Assembly: GCA_046045965.1 (NCBI GenBank)
Contig: JBJOKS010000018.1
Coordinates: 32,001-96,000, forward strand
From: Cyanobacteriota bacterium
GTDB lineage: Bacteria; Cyanobacteriota; Cyanobacteriia; Cyanobacteriales; Nostocaceae
Direction: 5' to 3'
DNA: 64,000 bases
Shown: piece by piece, positions 63,925 to 64,000 of the stretch
Layout: every line of letters begins with the position of its first letter
Position numbering within the stretch: position 1 is the first letter of the stretch
Notes under the pieces: generated by a model
The model's input: the letters and a program-made list of their open reading frames with translations, nothing else
Told to the model about the DNA's origin: nothing
Database searches by the model: none
Made by a program: the position numbers and the translations under genes

Positions 63925-64000
63925 CCAGAATAGAAAGTTTACCTTTCATCAATTACTACAGCAAGGTTAAAATAACTATCCTAATTTTTCTACAAAATTT

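Overview
AT-rich chromosomal segment of a heterocyst-forming cyanobacterium (Nostocales). Evidence: many HIP1 GCGATCGC octamers, STRR heptamer repeats, a HetP-family gene and a DevBCA exporter. Bases 1-41.7 kb form a dark/anoxic fermentation island: ppsA (partial), pyk, pfkA, DHOD-like gene plus PFOR (nifJ), sucrose synthase, GH65/beta-PGM fusion, acetate-CoA ligase/GNAT, hoxW, usp-hoxEFU-DUF3122-hoxY-CBS/CP12-hoxH, two USPs and a PRT/hydrolase pair. Main observation: an identical 18-bp sequence, TCCTCACAAGTTCCTCAA (direct repeat TTCCTCA-N4-TTCCTCA), occurs four times, each exactly 10 bp upstream of a -10-like hexamer. The copies face nifJ, a DUF442-like gene, hoxW/acetate-CoA ligase and the hox operon. 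Next to the fourth copy is a 1301-aa protein joining an RcaC-like REC-wHTH-Hpt-REC module to a FixL/DosP-like (putative heme) PAS domain and a His kinase. Together these suggest, by inference, an O2-sensing phosphorelay regulon for fermentation and H2 production. The right part holds htrA, TetR-devBCA, a 2188-aa DXCF-GAF/PAS kinase, a 502-bp IS200/IS605 remnant keeping its TnpB omegaRNA-like end, a Nezha-like MITE, a K+ channel, argD and accessory genes. All protein calls come from recognising motifs by eye; no database search was run.
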